This document shows positions 35,972-49,150 of a stretch of 64,000 nt of DNA, one piece after another (position 1 is the first letter of the stretch; the number at the start of each line of letters is the position of its first letter). The notes below the pieces were generated by a model. The model made no database searches. It saw nothing but the letters and a program-made list of their open reading frames with translations, and was not told the origin of the DNA. The translations under genes were made by a program, and so were the position numbers. Source of the stretch: Octopus sinensis (lineage: Eukaryota). The DNA is taken from assembly GCF_006345805.1 (NCBI RefSeq), contig NC_043020.1:17980001-18044000 (forward strand), given 5' to 3'.

Positions 35972-37985
35972 CTAGAAAAACCACAAAGAAAAATATGTAT
36001 TATATAGGTGCAGGCGTGGTTGTGTGGTAAGAAGCTTGCTTCCCAACCACATGGTTCTCGGTTCAGTCCCACTACGTGGCACCTTGGTCAAGTATCGTCT
36101 ACTATAGTCTCAGGCTGACCAAAACCTTGTGAGTGGATTTGGGTGACAGAAGCCCGTCGTAGATATATATGTCTGTATATGTATATATTTATATGTGTGT
36201 GTTTTTGGGTCTCTGTTTGTCCCCCAACCATTGTTTGACAACCAGTGTTTACAACCCCATAACTTAGCAGTTTGGCAGAAGAGACCAATAGAATAAGTAC
36301 TAGGCTTACAAAGAATAAACCTTGGGGTTGATTTCTACAACTAAAATCCCTTTAAGGTGGTGCTCCAGCATGGCCACAGTCAAGTGACTGAAACAAGGAA
36401 CAAAGCAATAATAGAACATTATTGTCTGAGAATCAAATCTCCCCACCCCTTATTTAATCCTTCAGCACTCAGATTACTCTGTCAAATGTAATGCTTATTC
36501 ATTCACATTGCTTTGAATTAATCATGCAATAATTATCTAACAGCTTTAAGATTTCATTGATGTGGTTGTTTACTTTTAGAAAGGTAGGTGAGAGAGGCTT
36601 GATCTAGGCTGGTTTCGACATAAACCAGGTAGAATATTTGGACTGGATATGACTTGTTTGAATGTTAAAGGGTTAAAATATTTTGTTTTATGATATAAAT
36701 AACAATTTTTCTGTTCTTCCAGCAACACAACACTTAAAAAAAACTTTTTGAAAACTAATCCTCTCCCAATTATAAGATGATAAACTTTTGCTTTTAAAAT
36801 ATCAACTTTAAATAACAAAGATAAATCATATTCACTAAATCCTGCAGGAAGTCTGTGCATAAAGGTTTCTTCCTCCATTTCAAATCAGTTGGTGCTAAGT
36901 CTTTGAATGTCAGCACAAAAAAGCAAATGACCATCGTTTTATATTCACTTTCAAATGGTGATATGGACTGGATGAATTGCCATGATCCAAACTATTTCTT
37001 ATTGGAAGCCCCTCCTCTCATGAACTGGCGTTTGTGTTAATCTTGGCTTGGTTTCTTCAGTGGATGTACTTCTTATTGCAAACCACTCTACAGAGTGTAC
37101 AGGGTACATTATATAATAACACCAGCACTGGAGGAGTTGTCATGTCCTTGACAAGACCAAAAATGGTCCTCTCCACCCAATCCTTTATAGAGTGTACAGG
37201 AGGCACTTTATTGTGGCACTAACACCAGAGAAGTTGATAAGTTCTTGGATCTCTATTGCAACACTGAATATTCAGTAGTTTGATCAACTGAACTATCAGC
37301 TCAATGAACAGCTGAGCACTCAGAGACACACCTGTCCTTGTTTCAATTCTTAAGCTTGGCACATTATGTGGTAAGAGTGAACTTTTAAATTATAAGTGCA
37401 ATCTATTCTACAGGATTCCATATAGTTTCTGTCAATAGAATTTCACTTATAAAGCTTGGGTTGACCAAGAAACAGTTAAAGACACCTGACCAGAATTCTA
37501 CACAATGTGATTAAGAACTGGCTATTTTGTGATTACAAAGCAATCCAACTGCATCCAAATAAATGCAGTGAGTTCAGAAAAACGACATTACCATACCACC
37601 AACAATAACAAATTCTATAATATTCTAAGGCCAAATGGTTAACCTGAAGTCTTTATATTACAACAGTAAAAAAATAAGGTCAAAATGTTAAAAACAAAAA
37701 AAAAAGACAGAAAAGAACTGGACAACTCTAAAGTATTTATTTCAAGGCCCTTCAATGAACTCAATCTATTGCATGAAGAGAGGGCCGTACTCTAATGACT
37801 GAAACCAGTAAAAGATAAAAGAAAAAAATATACATTCATGCAAGTATACACACACTCATATATACAAACACAAACGCATAGAAACAAACAAACATACATG
37901 CATGCACACACATGTTCCAGGGTTTTCAGAAATTTATTTAAATGATAATTAATTTGAAGAAATTAAAGAAACTATTTATAAATAC

Positions 37986-38065
37986 CTTGAAATTATTCCT
38001 TTGCGAATGTGTTCTTTAACAAATACGATGCCATTAGGAGAAATTGTCACATCTTTTTCCAGTTT
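37986..38065 (-). CDS. REV3L: REV3L exon
   Basis: tttag|AAA...AG|gtattt; KLEKDVTISPNGIVFVKEHIRKGIIS. Confidence 0.93.
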
Positions 38066-38851
38066 CTAAATTGAAAAAAAAAAAAAAAAAAAAAAAAAAA
38101 GAATTTTTTTTAAGAAAAAGAAATAACTGAAAATATTATTATGGTAAATGGAATCTGAGAATGAGGCTGAGCCAGGAAGATACGGGATTAAGTGGTAAGG
38201 ATAATGAGATTTAAGGAAGAGATGAGAAAAGGCCAAGATGCTTAGCAATACAGAATGTTTGAGAAAACACCACCCAGCTATACATTAATGCACACACACA
38301 CTCATACACAGAGGAGTCGGTAGAGTATCAGATATATTGCTTTGCAATAATTGTTCCATCTCTCTGCATTCTGCCAAAGTCGACTTTGCCTCTTATACTT
38401 TTGGGGGGGTCAATCAATCAAAGTAGCAGTCCAGTACTAATTTGGATCCCCCCCCCACTCCCCTCACTTTCTTTTTGTATGCCTTGTCTGTCTCTCTTTC
38501 TCAAACTGTTTTCAGAGCTGGAGAGAGATGGGCTACCTACATTAGATCTAAAATTACCCGAGACACAACAGTACCCTGTGTGTATGAATTAGAAAATGGA
38601 AGAGAAGGGAAATAACCCAAACACTGAGCAATTAAATATGAAATCACAAGATTGAAGTAAATACACATTTCTTGGACTGCTTTCTTCTGAAGATAGGCCT
38701 TTCTGTCTGAAATATAAAGTTTCTTTTGTAAAACTTTCTGCATTGTGAGAAGCTTTCCTGATTTCCCTTTCCTTTCATTCACTACTTCTAGACTACAATG
38801 CTTCAAGCGAACTACAATGCTCTCACATGTATGAATGTGTGTATGTGTATA

Positions 38852-39715
38852 CAGGGTCTGGTGAAAAAAACTGTTGTCTAAATTATGCAAAAATGAAAAT
38901 AACACTGACATCTCATTTTAACAGATATATTTACCAAAATTACATAAAAATGTTGTGAAATACTAAAGAGTAAATTTATTCAATAAAATCACCATTGGCT
39001 TCAACCACAGCCTCCAGATGACTTCAGATGCTCCTGCAACTCTTCTGGACGGTCTCCCTGTTTAAGTTGGTGAATGCTGCCATAATCCTTGCCTTCAGTT
39101 CATCTTTGGTGTTACAAAGAGTTTTGTTGGTCACTCGCTCAAATGCGTTCCAAACATAATAATCAAGGGGGTTGCAGTGTGGAAAGTTAGGTGGCCAGAT
39201 GTTATGGGTGATGTGGTCACAGAAACAGTCTGACAGTCATAACTGGGTTCTTCTGCTGGTGTGGCATAGTACAGAGTCCTGTTGCGAGACATAGGGTCAT
39301 CCAGCAACCATCTTCTTGACACAGGGTGGCACTACCTCCTCCAGGCACTTGATGTAGGCCTCTGTGTTGAGTCTGAGTCCGTGTGGGAAGATGAATGGAA
39401 GCATAATGTTGCCATCACCAATGATCGCTCCAAACACCATGATATTGACTGGATGTTTGATTTTTATCAATTTTGGTATATGTCCTCAGATTGACACTCA
39501 AACACTCTGAAATGATCATATTGGAGCTTCCAGCATGAATACCAAACAGTACAAGATGTCATTTCTAAATTTCTGGCAGAGTGAATTGCGTCATAGTGCT
39601 GTTTTTCTCACAGACAGTGCCCAACTATACTGTGTAGTCGACAAAATAAAAAACAAACAATGAGCATGTGTGAAATGAAAAGCATAAAATGGTGACAATT
39701 TACCCATCGCACCCT
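38852..39715 (-). mobile_element. decayed Tc1/mariner-superfamily (maT/DD37D-like) element
   Basis: HPVNIMVFGAI...YVSQQDS...IWPPNFPHCNPLDYYVWNAFE...EAVVEANGDFIE*; TA|CAGGG terminus at 38850; the other end is uncertain. Confidence 0.75.
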
Positions 39716-39882
39716 ATGAATATGAATATGTGTGTATCCATCCAATTTGAATGTTGTAACAGCACCCAAAAAAAGTTAAAAAATCAAAAAGACCTATCAA
39801 AGAGATGAATATTGAAAATTTAAAAAAAAAGATTTTGAAATGTAAAAAGTATAAAAATAGGAAGAAAGATAAAAAAACCTAC

Positions 39883-39940
39883 CTTGATTACATCTGGCGG
39901 AATATTTAAATGAGTACAACCAAATTTAATGGGACCTTCA
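39883..39940 (-). CDS. REV3L: REV3L exon
   Basis: ttcag|T...AAG|gtaggt; EGPIKFGCTHLNIPPDVIK. Confidence 0.9.
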
Positions 39941-41555
39941 CTGAAAGATTAAATCATAATAATACATATTACTTAGCAACAATAAACATTATGTTGTTGT
40001 TATTGTTGTTGTTGGTGGTGGTGGTGGTGTTGTTATTTAAGATGTGTCTGGGGAGTCTAGAATTACGTGTGTGTGTGCTGCAAATGTTTTGTTTTTCTTG
40101 TTAGTACCATGTTTGGTGCATGTTTTACCATTTCTCTGTTTCCAAGCCAAAATGGGTAATAACTTCCACCTTGACTAACATATAATTACAGGTTGTGAAG
40201 GAGCAAAACCAGTAAAATACCAAACAAAATATCCCTTTAGGTTCTGAGTTCAAATTCTACTGTTGTCAACTTTGAGTCAGTTAATGAAATTAAGCAGCCC
40301 CTAAGTACTAGGATTAAGTAATTCAATGACCCTTCTTGCCCCCTAAATTTTGTGGCCTTGAGCCTATGTTTAATTAGAAGTTCTAGCACCTTAATCAGTT
40401 ATTCCATAGAATAAAACAAATAGATCAACTTGCTAGAAATGGCAGCTAAATCATCCTCTCAAATCACACTGTACTATCTTAAAAAAAAGAAAAAGACACA
40501 TTAGATAATGTAGTGATATGAAACTTCTACAAAGATGGGGTTGTCATGGATGTAATGCTTTTCTTCATAAGTCTGTATGTGTCACACTGGGGCTAAACAA
40601 TGAAGAGGAGGACTCCCTTCAGTCATGAATGACCATAGGATTGCACCTAGAAACTTACCCTCCAAGGTACAAGTCCAGGGAAGGTTGTTTATGGAAGATC
40701 AGCAGTCACCCATGCATATCAGTTTTCCCTTTCCATGCCACTGATATTATCCATGGGAAAGGCAAAGGCTGATACAGTTCGGCACCAGTGACGTTGCAAC
40801 TCATTTCTACAGCTGAGTGTGAAAAAATAAAATGTCTTGCTCAAGAACAAAATGCACAGCCCGGTCCGGGAATTGAATTCAGTACTTCATGATTGTGAGC
40901 CTGACACTTTAATCACTGAGCCATGCGCCTTCACTAAACAATGACAACATACTAAACTACTGGTTCTCAAACTTTTCGATACAAAAGGATGTTTTTATAT
41001 AAATGAATTTTCTTCCATGGACCCAAGAGTTTTTGAAGGATTATCTTACTCATCAAGATCATTGCAGTAATTAACAACAATATTTTTTTTCCCTTTCATC
41101 TCTCAATTGAAAGATATATGTAACTGAATATGGGATAGCACTAGCACTCCATTGCTTACGATGACGAGGGTTCCAGTTGATCCGATCAACAGAACACTCT
41201 GCTTGTAAAATTAATGTGCAAGTGGCTGAGCACTCCACAGACACGTGTACCCTTCACATTAGTTCTCAGGGAGATTCCATGTGACACAGAGTGTGACAAG
41301 GCTGACCCTTTGAAATACATGTACTACACATTTTTGCCAGCTGAGTGGACTGGAGCAACGTGAAAATAAAGTGTCTTGCTCAAGGACAAAACGTGCCGCT
41401 GGGAATTGAACTTGTGACCTTATGATCATGAGTGAATACCCCTAACCACTAAGCCACACACCTTCACATAACTGAATGTACAATTAACCCTTTAGCATTT
41501 AAACCAGTCATATACAAGATAGGAATTTTGAAAGAAGTATCTATAAAACTAGCTT

Positions 41556-42671
41556 TTAACCCCTTAATGGATTATTCTGAGTTTACTCGTGTGTTGCAAA
41601 TGTATCTTTTTAGAACCAGATGAGTATACTCGGTCAAAATTAACTTTTAATTTTAGCACTCAAACGAGTTTATTTGTTTTGTGTCATTTCATTTTTGAGC
41701 AATCACAAATTTACTTGCGTTGTCGTACGCCTGGCAGCACATATTCTGGCGCCATTTCAAAGAATTTATGCTTCTGAGTTTTGAACTTTTACTTCAGTGC
41801 ATTCTCAGATTCTGAAGAAGGTTGATGTTATTTTAGAACCGTCTCGTTTTGATTCTCTGTTATTTATACAAATAAGAGAATTATTTACACATCTTTTTTC
41901 TCAAAATCGATGATGATTTAGATATATTCAGCGATCACGAAAGCGATTTTTCATTTCATGATCTGGAAAGTTCTGGGGATGAATTAGACACGTGTAGTTC
42001 AGACTCTGACAATTTTTCAGAAGATGACAAAGAAGATAATCAGATAGATGCACGTGCATGGCACGAAATCAATTGCTCGTCCGATTCGAAGAGAAAGCAG
42101 ATACATGTGTGATGTCTGCAAGATAACTTTGTGTGTAACTCCTTGTTTTAAAAATTATCATTCTAAATAAACTGTCTATCTCATTTTTTAAACATTTTCC
42201 TTTGATTCAAAAGCAAACAAACTGCCTGCATCAGTTGTTGACTGCCATGACACTGCATCATTTAAGGCCCTCATGCTTTCCAAAATCCGCCGAAAATACA
42301 CCTGATTGTCCCCCTTCCATACTCATACACATATGTGTATGTCATGACTCATGCACTGTTCTTTTCCTGATGCTTGTACATTACCCTATGTACTATACAT
42401 ACACTTTAGATGAGTTGTAGTGCACCTGAGCACTGTACACAATGTTTTATTATTATTATTATTATTATTATAAAGACAGTTAAGTTATATGTATTTTTTC
42501 AATGTCCGAATTAACTTGTTTAAATCCAAATGAGTAAAAGTACATTTTAATTTCTATAATAAAAAACTTTTTTTTGTAATTAACACAGTGTAAATAATTA
42601 AAACAGGAAATAAAAAAATATGCTGTGAAATGAAACGCCATGTCAAAATAATTGATCCATTAAGGGGTTAA
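41556..42671 (+). mobile_element. internally deleted piggyBac element
   Basis: TTAA TSDs, 13-bp TIR CCCCTTAATGGAT; acidic N-terminal remnant fused to the C-terminal CRD RYMCDVCKITLCVTPCFKNYH; contains a LINE 3' tail at about 42200-42470. Confidence 0.85.
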
Positions 42672-42939
42672 AGATTGAATGGCTATGGACGTTCATCAGA
42701 ATAAAATTGTAATCAAAAGGGTCCATAGGTAAAAAATGGTTGAGAACTCTTGGGTAAGATCAGCAGTTCTCAACCAGATTTTGTTGTTGAAGTTTATGTG
42801 CAATAAAATTGTTTATACTTCTACAATGCACAAAATATTTTAACAATTTTTTAATACAATTCTTAATAATATTTAATTATAAAAATATAATGGGATTTTT
42901 AAACAAGGAATCGAAATTGAAATCAAATTCGATGACTGG

Positions 42940-43390
42940 CATCCGTGCTAGTGGAGCACTAAGAGCACCATCCCAGTGTAATCGTTGCCAGAGTAACAAA
43001 CAGGCTTCTGTGCTAGTGGCACGTAAAAAGCACCATTCGAGCGTGATTGTTACCTACGTCGCCTTACTGGCACTTGTGCTGGTGGCACATGAAAAAACAT
43101 TTGAGCGAGGTCGTTGCCAGTGTGGATGGACTGGCTCCTGTGCAGGTGGAACGTAAAAAGCAACATTTGAGTGTGGCCATTGCCAGTACCACTAGTACCT
43201 CATGCTGGTGGCATGTAAAAGCACCCACTACACTCTCGGAGTGGTTGACATTAGGAAGGGCATCCAGTTGTAGAAACTCTGCCAGATCAGATTGGAGCCT
43301 GGTGCAGCCATCTGGTTTGCCAGTCCTCAGTCAAATCATCCAACCCATGCTAGCATGGAAAGCGGACGTTAAACAATGATGATGATGGAA
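42940..43390 (+). mobile_element. abundant (GAT)n-tailed retroposon, representative copy
   Basis: ...GGCGTTAGGAAGGGCATCCAG...CCATGCTAGCATGGAAAGCGGACGTTAAA(TGA)n; copies at about 375, 700, 24900, 27220(-), 49560, 57190(-) and 63710(-). Confidence 0.75.
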
Positions 43391-43521
43391 TGGCTATGAG
43401 GGTCCACCCAAGTAAAATAGGGGTCAAAGGGGTTCATAGGTAAAAAAATGGTTGAGAAGCATTAGTTTAGATGAATGAGGTAAAGAACATCTCAGAGTTT
43501 CATAAAGACGGAGGTACTTAC

Positions 43522-43772
43522 TGAGCTGTAGCCAAATGATCAAGTCGGCCAAGACAAGTTGAGAAACAGTAATTATAAGCAATCATGATGGAAGGGTAGA
43601 GAGATTGAAAATCTAAAACTGCTACAGGATCACTGTAGAAATTGGAAAGTGGTTCAAGATTAAGTGGAATACACTCAGGTGCTTGCATCTTACTCCGTTG
43701 ATGTACGCTTGGAGATACGGCCACGAAATTGAGAGGTTTGGCAATTCTTAACATCATTGATTCAACTCGGTA
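43522..43772 (-). CDS. REV3L: REV3L exon (PolB region II, DFQSLYPS)
   Basis: YRVESMMLRIAKP...PVAVLDFQSLYPSIMIAYNYCFSTCLGRLDHLATA; canonical splice sites. Confidence 0.97.
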
Positions 43773-45440
43773 CTGAAAAAAAAAAACAGATTCAAAGAAA
43801 AATAAAATCAACAATAACAAATACAAACTTAAAAGGGTTTCAGTAAATCTTTTACTTGTTTCAGTCATTAGATTGGGACACGACCCTGAAGAATTTGTTT
43901 AGTCAATGAATTGACCCCAGTGATTTTTTTATAAGCCAGGGACTTATTCAGTTGATCTCTTATGCCGAATTACTAAGTTATGTGGACATAAACACACCAA
44001 CACCAGTTGTCAAGTGGTGGTGGAGGACAAACACAGATACACACACATACATATACAATAGGCTTCTTTCAGTTTCCATCTACCAAAACCACTCACAAGG
44101 CTTTGGTCAACCCAAGGAAGACACTTGCCTAAGGTTCCACACAGTGGGACTGCACTTAGAAGCATGTGGTTGGGAAGCAAACATCTTATTTCTTTACTGC
44201 CCATAAAGGGCTACACACAGACGGGACAAACAAAGGGATTAAGTTGATTGTATCGACTCCAGTGCATAACTGGTACTTATTTAATCAACGCCAAAAGAGT
44301 GAAAGGCAAAGTTGACCATGACAGAATTTGAACTCAGAACGTAGCGGCAGAAGAAATACCTATTACTTTACTGCCCACAAGGGGCTAAAGATAGAGGGGA
44401 CAAACAAGGAGAGACAAATATTATATCGACCCCAATGCATAACTGGTACTTATTTAATCGACCCCAAAAGGGTGAAAGGCAAAGTCGACCTCGGCAGAAT
44501 TTGAACTCAGAATGTAGCGGCAGACGAAATACCGCTAAGCATTTTGCCCAGCATGCTAACGTTTCTGCCAGCTCGCTGCCTTGGGAAGAAAACTTCTTAC
44601 CACACAGCCATGCCTGGTAACAAACATCAAAATATGATGAGTTCTTTTGTCTAAGTATCTGATGAGGAATGATCATATTTTGGATTGATAGAATTATTAG
44701 AGTATATATTAGCAACAGTGGCAGTGTTAATACCAAGAGGTAATATTTATCCTCACTTAAACCTGGATGTTCTGTTAGAACAAACTATACTGTGGTGAAT
44801 ACCATGAAAGAAACTCACATATAGGCTTTTATGGTGCAAAATACACTTGTTTATATCACTAGTGAGGAAATAAATCTTTGCCATCTTCAGTACTGAGACT
44901 ACCAGATCACATGGTTTCAACCTTCCTTGGTCTTGTCAATGATGGACACTGTACCACTAGAAAGAGCAACAACTCATCTCCCCACCAGCAATATATAAAA
45001 AAAAAACAGTGCCAGAACCGGTGCTGGTGTCACAATTACCAGTATGGGAGTTTCTCTCATGGTAACTACCACAGTACAGTTCATACTAACAGAACAATCA
45101 TGTTTAAGTGGGGATAAATATTAACCTTCAGTATTATATATATATATATATTAACAAGCTCACTGGTTAATCACGACACCAGCGTCTCTTTTGGCACAGC
45201 ATGGAGAAAGCAGATATCTATTATCTTTTACTTGTTTCAGTCGTTAGATTGTGGCCATGCTGGAGTACTGCCTTGAAGAATTTTAGTCAACTGAATCAGC
45301 TCAAGTACTTATTTGTTTTAAAGGTTGGTACTTATTCTATCAGTCTCTTTTGCCCTACCACTAAGTTATGAGGACATAAACAAACCAACACCTGTTATCA
45401 AGCGGTAGTATGGGATAAACACAAACACACACACAGATAC

Positions 45441-45471
<31 letters not shown>

Positions 45472-45827
45472 AATATATATATATGTGATATGCTTCTTTC
45501 AGTTTCCGTCTACTAAATCCACTTGAAGACAGATGCCCAAGGTGCCACACGCTGGGAATGAACCCAAGACTATGTGGTTGGGAAGCAAACTTCTTACCAC
45601 ACAGCCATGCAGGCACCTAGTCAAGCAAAGACAAGGATTGATGATGGTGGCAATGATGGCTAGTATCCTCAAAGTGGTTTTCAGTGAAGTTCCCTCTGTT
45701 GCAGTTCCTGTTTTTTTTTCTGTAGATGTTTAGAGTTATCATCAACAGAACCAATTGCACCCATCTGGGAGTGAGTTACTTTGTAGTTAAAGTCAATGGA
45801 AAGATCTGAAATCGAGTTGTTTCTTAC

Positions 45828-45969
45828 CTGAGAACCTCTTGACAGAACATGGTAGAACTCGATGCCAAATACACGGGCCATCTCACTGGTTTTGCTGATC
45901 AGGTCCAGACTTTCAATAAGGGAAATATTTCCTTTTGATCTGATGATGTAGTAATTCAATACTCGCCAT
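45828..45969 (-). CDS. REV3L: REV3L exon
   Basis: WRVLNYYIIRSKGNISLIESLDLISKTSEMARVFGIEFYHVLSRGSQ|gtaaga. Confidence 0.96.
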
Positions 45970-46777
45970 CTGTTGACAAATAATTAAAAAAAGAGAAAAA
46001 AAACATGGTCAAACAAACCAAATTACATTAATGAATTTAACGAATCTATGTGGAAAAGATAAGAACATAAACTGTTATCAATACAAGTTTAAATGATCAT
46101 CATATGGCGTAGTGGTTAAGAGCGCGGGCTACTAACCCCAAGATTCCGAGTTCGATTCCAGGCAGTCACCTGAATAATAATAATAATAATAATAATGATA
46201 ATAATTTTGTCTTGGTATAAAAGATTGGCTACAGCAAATATTCTGCTCAATACCACAGATTTGCTTGTCAGTTGTTTGACCGTAACCAGTCAAACATGTC
46301 CCTTAGTGGCTGACGATATGTGCATCTCTGATCACGAGCAGAAGTAGTCGGGGAGCATCATAGCCATGTGTTGAGAAGGATTCTTTGGGGTTTGAATAAT
46401 TCCCCTCTGGAAACATTGGTGTTTCGTTCTACATCCTTAAACAACCCTTATTCAGGAACCTTTTGAGCAGGATGGGTTACTCGACTAGAAGAAAATTCTA
46501 ACTAGGCCCCACCTGCAAGGTCATGTGCTGTTTATCTTGATATGAGATCACCATGTCACGCATATATGGTTGTGATGCATGTGCCTAGTGTACCCTTATC
46601 ACATGGGTAGTCATGATGGGTATACTGAGCTTCATATATTTTACCCCAGTGTCACTTTGATGGCATGCACTGCTCTCTCACTCATTAATGATAATAATAA
46701 TAATAATAATAACAATAATAATAACAACATCGAAAAATACCTTAGGAATGAGAACCCAGGTTCAAAATTTCCCCAAG

Positions 46778-46821
46778 ACACCTGAAGAAGGCTGGAGGGT
46801 ATATCAGCCGAAACGTTATGT
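46778..46821 (+). ncRNA. minimal PLE-type hammerhead motif
   Basis: ACAC-CTGAAGA-AGGCTG-GAGGGTATAT-CAGCC-GAAA-CG-TT-ATGT. Confidence 0.55.
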
Positions 46822-47820
46822 TAACAACAAACAAGATGAGGACAAATATCCATCAAATGTAAATAATGTACATAATTCTTCATCTCTTAAATATAGAACT
46901 GTATCATCATTATTATTGTTATCTTTATCTTCTATCCTTTACTTGTTTCAGTCATTAGACTGTGGCCATGCTGGGGCACTGCCTTGAGGAATGTTAGATG
47001 AATGAATTGACCCTGTGTTATGAGGTAATCCTGAACACCCTCACCTGACTGAAGGTGGACTAACCCCTTACAATAAAGAAGAGCTGAGTGAACTGTCGGG
47101 GATGTTCGTTTACTGTGTTAGTTCAATGTGTGTTGGTTTAACAGTCCGTAGTTGAATAGTGAATACTGAGTTAACATATATTTCTGTGATAGAGTATTTT
47201 TAGACAACCACAACCAACATCGCTTGACAACTGATGCTGGTGTTTACATCCCCATAACTTAGCGGTTCGGCAAAAAGAGACTGATAGAATAAGTACTAGG
47301 CTTACAAAGAATAAGTCCTGGGGTCGATTTGGTCGACGAAAGGCGGTGCTCCAGCATGGCTGCAGTCAAATGACTGAAACAAGTAAAAGAGTAAAAGTGT
47401 AACCACATGGTTCTGGATTCAGTCCAACTACATGGCACCTTGGACAAATATTTTCTACTATTAACTTGGGCTGACCAAAGCCTTGTGAGTGGATTTGGCA
47501 GATGGAAACTGAAAGAAGCCCATCATATATATACATGTCTACATGTATGTGTCTTTGTGCCTGGGTTTGTCCCCTACCACTGCTTGGCAACTGGTGTTTG
47601 TGTGCTTATGTCCCTGTGACTTAGTAGTTCAGTACTAGAGACTGATAGAATAAATACCAGGCTTAAAAAATAGTACTGAGGTTGAGTCACTTGAATTAAG
47701 ATCCTTCAAGGCGGTGCCCAAGCATGGCCACAGTCTAATGACTGAAACAAGTAAAAGATAAGTGTGGTGTTCTGTGGCTGAATTTAACCAAAAGAAAATG
47801 AAATGAAGACAAAGACAAAC

Positions 47821-47939
47821 CTATGTAAATCTGTCTGGTGATTGAACCAGGTTGTCAAGGATTTGTTTGAGTAGTGTGGTGTCCGTTGGTGCAACACATG
47901 AAAATATGCATTCTCAAATGTGTAAATATTCAGGGTGAC
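47821..47939 (-). CDS. REV3L: REV3L exon
   Basis: gacag|GTC...AG|gtttgt; VTLNIYTFENAYFHVLHQRTPHYSNKSLTTWFNHQTDLH. Confidence 0.93.
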
Positions 47940-48053
47940 CTGTCAAATGTAAGAAATTATTTTGAAATTATATATAGAAAAACAAAGTAGTGAAGGTTAT
48001 GTAAATTACTTAAATTGCAAAAGAAAAAAAAACTTCATCGTTAATATTTGAAA

Positions 48054-48444
48054 ACTAGCAAACCCATCTGTCCTCTGGACGGTTTAACTTGCTTTCGTGG
48101 TATTTTTTTCACCAAATAATTGAACTACCGAGAAGGTTTATGTGTAGCATGGCAATCTGTTTCCGATTAACCTAGGAACGGATCAAGTATTAAGCATTTT
48201 ATTGTTATCGCCCCTTCATCATATTTCGAAATATCCCCTTGAATCGATAAAAAATCACTCTTTTTGCCTTAGCAACCACAACTTTATAACTTGCAAATTT
48301 TAACCATCGCGGGTCTCATCCACATCACACATTTTGTATCCCTACCAATTTTCAGCTCGATCCTAGCCTTGGTTTGGTCCCATTAACCGTCAAAGCAAAA
48401 TGTGCATACAATTTTCGTCCAAGGACTGTTATATAGATATAGAT
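48054..48444 (+). mobile_element. non-autonomous Helitron/HINE-like element
   Basis: Starts ACTAGC with a short hairpin (GTCC-TCT-GGAC), ends TTATATAGATATAGAT; family assignment from memory. Confidence 0.5.
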
Positions 48445-48820
48445 AAATTTTTCCAGGATGTTGCTGTTATTAGATCGACCTTAGACTAACCACTGTTTCA
48501 GTAAACCTATGGTACAGATGTAGGTTGGAGTTGTGTGGTAAGAAGCTTGCTTCTGAACCACATATAGGTGTGTGTGTGTGTGTCCAATTGTCTCCCACCA
48601 CTGCTTGACAACTGGTGTTGGTTTGTTTACTTTTTGTAACTTAGCAGTCAAACAAATGAAATCAATAGAATAAGTATCAGGCTTAAGAAAATGTACTGGA
48701 GTTGATTCTTTAGGCCAAAAATTCTTAAAGGCTGTGCTCTAAAATGGCAGCAGTCTTATGAGTGAAGCCAGTAAAAGATAGTAGTCACTGGTCAAAGTTT
48801 TAGTTATTACCAGAATATCT

Positions 48821-49150
48821 GGATCTTTTCCTTTTGAACGGCAGTTTTCAACACAATTTCTAGTTAAACTAAACACTTTTAAACTTCGTATACTGATAGA
48901 ATGTATCAAAATAAAACATTTTTTTCTCTTGGCTTTCTTGAGAAAATTGTAAATGATTTTAGCTCAGTAGAGGCAATTGATTGGTTAAAATTCGAAAAAT
49001 TAAACTACGTTAAACTTACAAATTACAATTTTCTCAAGAAAGCCAAGAGAAAAAAATGTTTTATTTTGACACATTCTACCAGTATATGAAGTTTTAAAGT
49101 GTTTAGTTAACTAGAAATTGTGTTGAAAACTGCCGTTCAAAAGGAAAAGA
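48821..49150. mobile_element. foldback MITE
   Basis: Two ~127-bp inverted arms (48824-48952 and 49023-49150); same family as 58060-58481. Confidence 0.8.

Noticed and set aside
44647-44680. CTGATGAG as a hammerhead core
   Set aside because: No downstream stem II/GAAA/NUH arrangement.
46105-46170. tRNA-Ser-like sequence
   Set aside because: No complete cloverleaf and it runs into (AAT)n; treated as a SINE head.
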